Below, one piece after another: positions 56,991 through 64,000 of a stretch of DNA of 64,000 nucleotides. Within the stretch, counting starts at the first letter, position 1, and the number at the start of each line of letters is the position of its first letter. Location of the stretch: positions 15,542 through 79,541 of IMG/VR virus record IMGVR_UViG_3300031603_000003; one strand, given 5' to 3'. Below the pieces are notes generated by a model. The model made no database searches. It worked only from the letters and a program-made list of their open reading frames with translations, and was not told the origin of the DNA. This stretch comes from a virus. Both the position numbers and the translations under genes were made by a program.

Positions 56991-57626
56991 TTATGCACCT
57001 TCAACAAAGTTGTCGGTGTAGCGCTTGAAGAAATCACCAGCGGTTTTAACTGGCGCAGGTGCTTCGGTATCTTCACCCTTATCTTTACCGTCTTTACCTT
57101 CAGTGCCATTTTCACCGGCGCCTACATCAGTTTGTACAGTTTCGATTGGTTTCTGTCCAAGCGTATTGACCTTAGCATTAAGGTCAGTGAATATAGTTGC
57201 GAGTTCTTCTGGAGTTTTAGCTTCCAGTCCGTCGCGGAATGCCTTCTGTGATGTTTCGAACTCTAATGGATCGATGCCATCTCGTAGGGCGGTTGCGGCT
57301 AATACGATTGCATCTTTCAATGCTGTATCGGCTGTTTTCTTGGCAGCTTTCAGCTCTGTGTCCATTGTGTCAATGGTACCTTGAAGGGCATCGGATGCTT
57401 CCTTCACTTTAGAACTGATATACTGCTCCATGCCTGGGGAGGCAATTGCGTCTTGCAGTGTCATGGGCTCGTTCTCCTTAGAATCTAGAGCGTCGTTGAA
57501 TGCTGTTTTAACTTCATCCGAAACATCGGAGTATTTCACGAGCATACGTAACCTGTCCAGTTGAGTGTCCGTAGCTGTTTCAATTGCTTTTCGGATTACC
57601 GCAATGCGGTCTTCTGATAGCTGCAT
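56991..57626 (-). CDS. Putative scaffolding protein (211 aa)
   Basis: Coiled-coil, charged protein between protease and head genes; start reassigned to MQLSED (GGAG 6 nt upstream). Confidence 0.65.
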   Translation of the reverse strand: MQLSEDRIAVIRKAIETATDTQLDRLRMLVKYSDVSDEVKTAFNDALDSKENEPMTLQDAIASPGMEQYISSKVKEASDALQGTIDTMDTELKAAKKTADTALKDAIVLAATALRDGIDPLEFETSQKAFRDGLEAKTPEELATIFTDLNAKVNTLGQKPIETVQTDVGAGENGTEGKDGKDKGEDTEAPAPVKTAGDFFKRYTDNFVEGA

Positions 57627-57628
57627 AC

Positions 57629-58579
57629 TTATCTCCAATCTGTTGAGCTTACGATAGACATGAGGTCCACGGTATCGGTTTCTTGTTTATCGGCTGCAAT
57701 CTTCGCGGCCTTATCCTCTGCAGACTCTTCATCCTCTTCGGCTGGAACAACAGGTACGACGGGTTTGCCGTCTTTGTCATCTTCTGCTTTTGGGGTTTCG
57801 GTGTCTGGGGGTGTTTCTTCCGGTATCTCTACCGGTGCTAGTTCATCAGTAGCCAATTCTACAATACCATCGGCGGCATTGCAAGCCTTGGAATAACACT
57901 TGACTTCAGTGGTTGGCATTGTATCGCCAATACTGTCCATGGCCGTCCACGAGATTATCGTGGCTGCGTGATTATCATCTTGGTCCGCGGGTTCGTTAAC
58001 GGGAGAACATTCTCTGTACTCCAGGTCACTGAATTCAAAGTAACATAGTTTGATTTCATCTTCTATGCCCTTATCCTCGTCACCTTCGATAACATACTTG
58101 GTACCACGATTATGATCACATCTATCTTGAAGCAAATCGTTTCCGCATATGGAACAGCGTACCGGCCCTGCTGGGCGCTGGCTCGTAGATACAGTTAGAT
58201 AGCGACCGTCCATTACTTTGGCGATTGCATCTGGATCTGTGATTTGTGCTTTAAGACGGATGAAGCCTTGTTCGCCGTCTTGGATGAACTCTGCACCAAT
58301 GATACGTCCGATTGGGTCAACTGCTGTGCCTTCCCAGTCGTCATTCATACGATGATGAATGAGCATGGGTTTGTTATAAGGTTCATTCCAAGTCTTTACA
58401 GACCGTTTCATCCCATCTAAGGAATAGAAGTAGAAGTTCCTATTGACATACCCACCGCGTGTAGCATCGATTGTTACAATGATTCCCTTGCCCAGTTCGG
58501 GTGTCGCTGCTTTCACTTCATCAGAAATGTTAAGCTTGACTCGAAAATCATCTACAAAAGGTTTAGTGTTCGTCTTCAT
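57629..58579 (-). CDS. Prohead maturation protease with Zn-ribbon insertion (316 aa)
   Basis: KPMLIHH...DPIGRI, DGRYLTVSTS, CSICG..C-D-H and ECSPVNEPAD match HK97/herpes-fold phage proteases. Confidence 0.85.
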   Translation of the reverse strand: MKTNTKPFVDDFRVKLNISDEVKAATPELGKGIIVTIDATRGGYVNRNFYFYSLDGMKRSVKTWNEPYNKPMLIHHRMNDDWEGTAVDPIGRIIGAEFIQDGEQGFIRLKAQITDPDAIAKVMDGRYLTVSTSQRPAGPVRCSICGNDLLQDRCDHNRGTKYVIEGDEDKGIEDEIKLCYFEFSDLEYRECSPVNEPADQDDNHAATIISWTAMDSIGDTMPTTEVKCYSKACNAADGIVELATDELAPVEIPEETPPDTETPKAEDDKDGKPVVPVVPAEEDEESAEDKAAKIAADKQETDTVDLMSIVSSTDWR

Positions 58580-58665
58580 ATCATTTACCTTTGTTTAAGG
58601 TACGCTCAAGTGGCGCTGTTCACTGACTGTTATGACAGTGTGTATTAACCGTTTAGCAAATTCCC

Positions 58666-59184
58666 CTACTCGGGGGCAGGAGGACCAATGAAAGTTTCAG
58701 GATTAGGTGCGTCGAGAAACTCCCGCAGATGGTCCATATCTATATTGGGACAGACTTTGTTCTCTGGATTAACAGTCAACAGTTCATCATGTCCATACAC
58801 AGGTATGTTTCCATGGATTGCTCTAAGTTCGCGGACTATCGTCCGTAGGGTAATTAGTTGTGCTGACGTAAAAGAGTCCATGCCCATAAGACATACTCCG
58901 ATACTATCATGATTGTAATTGGTTATAACTTTGTGATCCTCGGACCAGTCAATAGTGTGTGCACCGCCTATTTCGTAAGGACGGCCTTTAACACGAAGAC
59001 CATCTGATGCTACATCTGGCTTGTGTCGTACATAGGACTTCCAGGTTGGGTAACCGTTGTATATAAGTTCTTCATATCCAACGTACGACCAGTAATTCTC
59101 TATGACGTGGATACGATGCATTGTATCAAAGTTCCCGTACTCCAGTTGGCTACGGTGTACGATGATTCTATTGATAGGTCTCAA
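58666..59184 (-). CDS. N-acetylmuramoyl-L-alanine amidase endolysin (T7 lysozyme/Amidase_2-like; 172 aa)
   Basis: IIVH, GRP...GAHT, NHDSIGVCLMG, YGHDEL and KVCP supply the His/His/Cys Zn ligands. Confidence 0.9.
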   Translation of the reverse strand: MRPINRIIVHRSQLEYGNFDTMHRIHVIENYWSYVGYEELIYNGYPTWKSYVRHKPDVASDGLRVKGRPYEIGGAHTIDWSEDHKVITNYNHDSIGVCLMGMDSFTSAQLITLRTIVRELRAIHGNIPVYGHDELLTVNPENKVCPNIDMDHLREFLDAPNPETFIGPPAPE

Positions 59185-59873
59185 CGACTTTCCTCTAGCA
59201 TTAGATTCTTAATGAATATTACTAAGAAGGCACTACTCTGTTGTATAAAGCGTTCTCTCTTCTTATTTGTAGTATCTAGATGTATAACCTCGAGCCCGTC
59301 CATGTACACTTTGAAATCAATTGCGTGTTGGATAGCAAAGCGGGCGGTAGCTACATCACCTATATGATGTGCTACATCTTGCATTGCTACTTTGTAGCCT
59401 GCGCCTAAATGCTTCTCAACATTTGACCATGTGGCTATGGTGAATCCTGGATACGTTTCTAGGATGTACATCATAGCTTCAATGAAGGCTTTGCCTTTGC
59501 TACTTACTGCTGCTTGATATTTAGGGTTTTGGAGTTTGGGGACATAATGTGAAAGTACGGAGGTCACTGCGTCTTTGTACGAATCGAGTTCTCGGTCGAG
59601 ATCGAAATGCTTGACCAGTGTACGAAGTTTATCATTCGTCCTGGATATTGCATCTCGGTTCTCTTGGAACTTAGTAGTAATAGATTTCTGCAAATCAGTG
59701 TATGCTCTTGCGTTGCTACTATTTAACCATTTCCCTACTAGTATTAGCGCGGCCGGAACAGTAATGCTGACAGCAATTGTAATTATGCTAAGCCAGGAAT
59801 TAAAGCTTAAAGGTGCGGAAGCGGCAGCTGCGAGCGTAGAGTCGACGGCGACTTGGGTTAATGAATCCAACAT
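59181..59873 (-). CDS. Single-TM membrane protein, holin/antiholin candidate (230 aa)
   Basis: One hydrophobic helix WLSIITIAVSITVPAALILVG, then a coiled-coil and soluble domain; overlaps the endolysin start. Confidence 0.5.
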   Translation of the reverse strand: MLDSLTQVAVDSTLAAAASAPLSFNSWLSIITIAVSITVPAALILVGKWLNSSNARAYTDLQKSITTKFQENRDAISRTNDKLRTLVKHFDLDRELDSYKDAVTSVLSHYVPKLQNPKYQAAVSSKGKAFIEAMMYILETYPGFTIATWSNVEKHLGAGYKVAMQDVAHHIGDVATARFAIQHAIDFKVYMDGLEVIHLDTTNKKRERFIQQSSAFLVIFIKNLMLEESR

Positions 59874-59894
59874 GTAAAACTCTCAGTGGTCATG

Positions 59895-60092
59895 TCATTT
59901 GGTACTTTCAGGTTTAGGTTCTGCTTCGGTGGGAGCTTCTGGCGCTAACAACATGGTTAGCTTAGTGCGTATGTTCCAATAGAATGGGTGATTACCTAAC
60001 TTAATAGGAGTCGCGTCCATGAGGTTTATCAGGGCCGTGACTTCATCTGGAGTAAATTCGTCTTGTATAATATTTGGCATAGTTTCTGTCAT
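59895..60092 (-). CDS. Small protein, possible fibre chaperone (65 aa)
   Basis: Short helical ORF directly after the fibre genes. Confidence 0.45.
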   Translation of the reverse strand: MTETMPNIIQDEFTPDEVTALINLMDATPIKLGNHPFYWNIRTKLTMLLAPEAPTEAEPKPESTK

Positions 60093-60110
60093 CTCATTCG
60101 TGTTATGTCA

Positions 60111-60140
60111 CGCGGGGAAGTCTCCTCGCGGAAGTCTCCT
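60111..60140. repeat. Short tandem direct repeat/hairpin
   Basis: GGAAGTCTCCT at 60116-60126 and 60130-60140; also folds as CGCGGGGA-AGTC-TCCTCGCG. Confidence 0.55.
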
Positions 60141-61896
60141 ACAACTTTCCTACTAGTTTATCACTTTCGATATATAATATGTTACCATCTTGTGCGTCAA
60201 GTATAGGTTGCATGGCGGCATCGGCGAAGAACCATCTAGTTCTGACTTTATCAGATGCTCCGTATATTGAACCCGTGTTCCACGCGGTCTCAGTACCGTG
60301 GAACCAACCAGAGTCATAATCATTGTAAGTTGTTACGATGGATTGTCCGGTTTGTGTCGGAGCAGACCCATAAGGTTCCCACACCAGCACACGTATGTAC
60401 GCCGCCTCTGCTTCTCGAAATACATTATTATTGCTATTTATTAAAGTAAGCTGGTGAAAAACATCCCCGTTGTCGTCCATTACCAGTATTGAATGTGTAG
60501 GACTTGCGCCTATATCAACTGCCCGTCTATGGGCTGCGTTGTTTAGAGGTCTACCCCAGTCGGCTCCTGACAAGTTAGAAGCGGCGGATGTTTCATGATA
60601 TAGTATTGGGCGCGTACCTGAGGGTGTATTTTGTCCGGCCCATATTTGAGGCCACTCTTTAGCATGAAAGTCGGTGGGATCTCCGTGTACTATTAATCCG
60701 GATAGATTGCCATCTAATGTATTAACTGGATTACTATTCATCAAAGGAGAACGTGGTGCTATGGTAGCGTTGCCGGCTGTACCTACAGTAGTGATAGCAG
60801 CGGAACCCCAAGTATCTCCATCATCGCTGATTACTTGCCGAGCTATACTATACGTGAGTCCACCTTCAGACCAAGTATTTGGAATGTAGTATGTGCAAAT
60901 AGCCCCACCGTTGCCGTACGGTGCTACCATCTGTTGGTGATTACCGTACTCGTACGTACTTACATCATCTTCTATCCAGCTTTGGGATACAGCATCGAAT
61001 GTATCTCCGGAAGTACCAACGAAGCTAACCCGGGCCATTAGTATTCTGTAGTTTGTACCACTATTCCACCACTTCTTTATTGCAACTAGGATTGTACCAT
61101 CCGCTAACAAGGTACCAATCATCCCGTATACTTTATATCGGTTATTTTGAGAATTAGGATCATCTAAATTACCGGTGGTATGGATTAGTGTCCATGTAGA
61201 CGTTGGATCTGCAGATATAGGTCTACGGTATATGAGTAGATAAACATTATTACCAGAGAGGACTTTGCTAGTAATTAAATATAGATAACCTTTGCGACGT
61301 ACCAAGCACGAGGCATGTGTCGAGCCTAAGGTACCTGTAACAACATTTGCGTTTACAGACCACGTTGTCCATGAATCCTCTGGGTAATGCCAAGCCATTT
61401 GTGTGATACCATTTCCGGAGTTATTACGTGTACCCCACGTGGCGTGTACTATACCAAACTCATCCATATACATAGCTGTTTTGCCTTGGGGGTACGACCA
61501 GGTATATGTCAGTGTTGTAATTGTGTTTTCCGTACTCACGCTTGTACCGACTGTCCATACCTTACTAAATGTACCATCGTCTTTTCTGTGGTATACAAAC
61601 AGAATCTGGTCGGGTGCTATCCACATACAAGCTGCGTAGTAATGACTGTCATTGGTTTGATTTTGTATATTAATTTGATGATAATCTGTACCACTTGTGG
61701 GGTCTGGTGGCATAGCTGATCCGCCTATGGACCAGTAGCTAGCCTGTATCGTACGATTCATATCAGCAATAGCGAGGTACTTATAGAACGGGTTAGCTGT
61801 ACCGTCGGCTTTTAACTGGTATGGATTTCTATGAGCTGTACCGCCGGGTAAGAATTGGTCTCTACCCTGGTAACCTGTATCCGCGACCCAAGCCAT
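60139..61896 (-). CDS. Beta-propeller (BNR/Asp-box) receptor-binding or fibre-tip protein (585 aa)
   Basis: Trp/Tyr-rich blade-like repeats; Asp-box SDDGDTW; coupled to the fibre gene. Confidence 0.65.
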   Translation of the reverse strand: MAWVADTGYQGRDQFLPGGTAHRNPYQLKADGTANPFYKYLAIADMNRTIQASYWSIGGSAMPPDPTSGTDYHQINIQNQTNDSHYYAACMWIAPDQILFVYHRKDDGTFSKVWTVGTSVSTENTITTLTYTWSYPQGKTAMYMDEFGIVHATWGTRNNSGNGITQMAWHYPEDSWTTWSVNANVVTGTLGSTHASCLVRRKGYLYLITSKVLSGNNVYLLIYRRPISADPTSTWTLIHTTGNLDDPNSQNNRYKVYGMIGTLLADGTILVAIKKWWNSGTNYRILMARVSFVGTSGDTFDAVSQSWIEDDVSTYEYGNHQQMVAPYGNGGAICTYYIPNTWSEGGLTYSIARQVISDDGDTWGSAAITTVGTAGNATIAPRSPLMNSNPVNTLDGNLSGLIVHGDPTDFHAKEWPQIWAGQNTPSGTRPILYHETSAASNLSGADWGRPLNNAAHRRAVDIGASPTHSILVMDDNGDVFHQLTLINSNNNVFREAEAAYIRVLVWEPYGSAPTQTGQSIVTTYNDYDSGWFHGTETAWNTGSIYGASDKVRTRWFFADAAMQPILDAQDGNILYIESDKLVGKL

Positions 61897-64000
61897 TATG
61901 ACCTGAAGTGGGCACTAACAGTGCCTTCTACGAATGTTGCTGAAGTAAGTTTTAGACGAACCCATCTATAATTGGTACTAACGTCGGCACCGGCTGTACC
62001 ACTTTTATCGTCGGTTACGCCCGAGCTGGTTATGTCTAGTGTGTCACCACATGATGCGTAGGTTCCCCCAATAGTTGCACTATCCTGTACTTGTACTGTA
62101 AATGTTCCGGTTGTTGTTATACCACTGAGTTCAGTAAGTACTGGGTGGTCGTTCTCAAATTCAACATATTTAGGTAGTGTATATACAGTGCCACTCCATG
62201 ACCCAGGAAAGTCCCACGATAGTGTTTGGTGTCCGTGTACGGCCGGGAGGTTCCCGGTAAGCACAACTTCCGCGTCTTCTATGGCCGTATCAACTTGTAT
62301 GTCCCAACCATTATCAAAATCAGATATTTCCCAACTGTCAAACACTCCAGGATACCCTGCCATGAACTCAGTTACTATGACTGTTAGGAATGACCAATCG
62401 CTAGTTGTATCACCAATCCAAATAGCAGCTTCGCCACTAGTTGCTTGTCCAAATGAAATATCATAATCTTTAGCAGTACTGGATGCTATAATCTGTGCAG
62501 ATTCACTATACCACGTACCCCCGTCTCCACTATAGAAACCTGATAATATAACTGTAGAGGATTCCTTATTGGCAGAGTCTATGATTTCTACGCGAATCTT
62601 AAGCATTGCATTATCGGTGGCAATAATATCTGGGAAGAGAATCTTAATTGCAGAGTTCGTTGTAGTATTTCCGCCATAATAAGATGCGCCAGCAGGGTAA
62701 GCTACGTATACAATGTCATTACCTTCTACACTGCCGGCTAGCTGTGAATGACTGTGTGTCGTTGGTGCACGTGCATCCGACAACCTGGAATCATCTCCTA
62801 CACAGACATTAGTTGATCCTGTACCGAACGCTCCAACTGTAACTGTACCCTCGGTAGTGGTAATAAGGGGTAAATTAGCAACCGATCCTATCTTGCCAGA
62901 ATTACCCAAATTACCATGAGTATGGTTTCCCTGTGCAGCTTGGGTAACGCTAGTCCCAAAGTCCAGAGCCCAGGCCGCGGGGGATGTAGATCCATCATAG
63001 TTACCGCCAGTTATACCATCTCCGGCGGCAAGTACGCCGGTACCGGTAATGTCACCGCGGGTTAATGTTGTAGTATATGTAGGTGTGTCCCAAGTAGCAT
63101 TGGCTTTAAGGAATGTTCCCTGAGCACCGGCGGAAGGAACGAGTCCACTATTACCTTCAGCAATAGCCGTAGTGTATGCAACAGTCTGATCACCCGTATT
63201 AGTTCCAGATAAGTTTGATGCCGTGACGGAACCTATTATATACAGATTATAAGCAACCCTAACGTGATTATCACCATTACCAACTGAGAATATTTCTGTT
63301 GCCATATCTGAGTTGTTATAGAATCTGGTACCATTGTAGTTAGAATGGGCACCTAACTTAATACCCGTATGATATGCGATTCTTAAATCTGGGTACGGAT
63401 ACGTCCAACTGCCAGCTTCTTGAAAGATAGCATAACTGTGTGCCGCATTCCCAGAGCTATTCGTTTCAAAATGAATGGCTTTATTCATTTGAATATCACC
63501 AGTCAACGTGCCACCTGCTAAGGGCAGTTTAGTAGCAATATTATTAGTAACAGTCGTAGCGAAGTTGGGATCATCGCCCAGTGCTGCGGCTAGTTCATTG
63601 AGTGTATCTAGTGTCGCAGGAGAAGAGTCAACAAGGTTGCTGATCTGTGTACCAACATAAGACTGTGTGGCGTAGCTTTGGGATGCGTGGTCTCCCCAGC
63701 CGTGGGCTAGGTCCCAGTTTGTTTTGTTATACCCAGATGTTAGTCCTGTTCCACCTTGGCTTACACCTAAGGTACCGCTGTGTACGCTGAAGGCGTGTGA
63801 AGTGGGAGCTGCAGTAATAGTAATATCTGCTGAACCGTTGAACGACACGCCATTAATCGTACGTGCGGTGGTTAGTGTAGCTGCTGATCCTGTGGTACTC
63901 TGGTTCCAGGTAGGAATTGTACCTGTTATAGCGGAGTAGTCTACCTGGCCTGCAGTCGTGTGACTGTGTACTGAAGCGGCTGCTCCGATGTCACTTAGTA
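61896..64000 (-). CDS. Fibre protein, 5'-truncated by window edge (>700 aa)
   Basis: Frame is open to base 64000 (...GSAATLTTARTINGVSFNGSADITI...). Contains fibre motif DSSPATLDTLNELAAALGDDPNFATT and several HxH motifs. Confidence 0.88.
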   Translation of the reverse strand, partial: LSDIGAAASVHSHTTAGQVDYSAITGTIPTWNQSTTGSAATLTTARTINGVSFNGSADITITAAPTSHAFSVHSGTLGVSQGGTGLTSGYNKTNWDLAHGWGDHASQSYATQSYVGTQISNLVDSSPATLDTLNELAAALGDDPNFATTVTNNIATKLPLAGGTLTGDIQMNKAIHFETNSSGNAAHSYAIFQEAGSWTYPYPDLRIAYHTGIKLGAHSNYNGTRFYNNSDMATEIFSVGNGDNHVRVAYNLYIIGSVTASNLSGTNTGDQTVAYTTAIAEGNSGLVPSAGAQGTFLKANATWDTPTYTTTLTRGDITGTGVLAAGDGITGGNYDGSTSPAAWALDFGTSVTQAAQGNHTHGNLGNSGKIGSVANLPLITTTEGTVTVGAFGTGSTNVCVGDDSRLSDARAPTTHSHSQLAGSVEGNDIVYVAYPAGASYYGGNTTTNSAIKILFPDIIATDNAMLKIRVEIIDSANKESSTVILSGFYSGDGGTWYSESAQIIASSTAKDYDISFGQATSGEAAIWIGDTTSDWSFLTVIVTEFMAGYPGVFDSWEISDFDNGWDIQVDTAIEDAEVVLTGNLPAVHGHQTLSWDFPGSWSGTVYTLPKYVEFENDHPVLTELSGITTTGTFTVQVQDSATIGGTYASCGDTLDITSSGVTDDKSGTAGADVSTNYRWVRLKLTSATFVEGTVSAHFRS

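Larger units (their letters stand above)
1..64000 (-). mobile_element. Structural/morphogenesis region of a large myovirus-type bacteriophage (no host genes or att sites in window)
   Basis: Contiguous minus-strand genes in canonical order: protease, scaffold, capsid, neck, sheath, tube, chaperones, hub, gp25-like, baseplate J. Almost no intergenic DNA. Confidence 0.95.

Noticed and set aside
63846-63848. GTG start of the fibre gene given in the ORF track
   Set aside because: The frame stays open to the window edge through typical fibre motifs; the real start lies outside the window.
475-63939. Numerous plus-strand ORFs of 60-217 aa
   Set aside because: They lie antisense to long minus-strand genes, are S/T/V-rich shadows of codon bias, and have no recognisable motifs.
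1-64000. Alternative genetic code or tRNA genes
   Set aside because: TAA, TGA and TAG all end coupled genes with near-complete coding density, and no spacer shows a cloverleaf.

Overview
The whole window is the virion-morphogenesis region of a large contractile-tailed (myovirus-type) phage. It is one densely packed, minus-strand gene array; host and taxonomy cannot be read from the sequence. In transcription order (right to left) it encodes: fibre and receptor-binding genes, a holin-like gene and amidase, prohead protease, scaffold, decoration protein, major capsid, neck proteins, sheath, four tube-fold paralogs, two paralogous chaperones, three giant proteins (2471, 2752 and 2417 aa), a spike-like protein, gp25-like and J-like baseplate proteins, and large baseplate/appendage proteins. 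The main discovery is the giant-protein block in the tape-measure position. The 2752-aa protein has, in order, motifs of both halves of a two-barrel RNA polymerase (beta-like MPF, FE and K...K; beta'-like RNP and ADQDGD) plus an embedded, complete DEDDh 3'-5' exonuclease. The upstream 2471-aa tape-measure-like protein carries an intein directly followed by a Cas4/RecB-like PD-(D/E)XK nuclease. The downstream 2417-aa baseplate hub has an N-terminal lytic transglycosylase. Together they suggest an enzyme payload ejected with the DNA. Also seen: a recurrent YATAAY motif in the spacers, a terminator separating high-copy from low-copy genes, and one small beta module reused in head, sheath and baseplate proteins. 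All calls come from manual motif reading; no searches were run.
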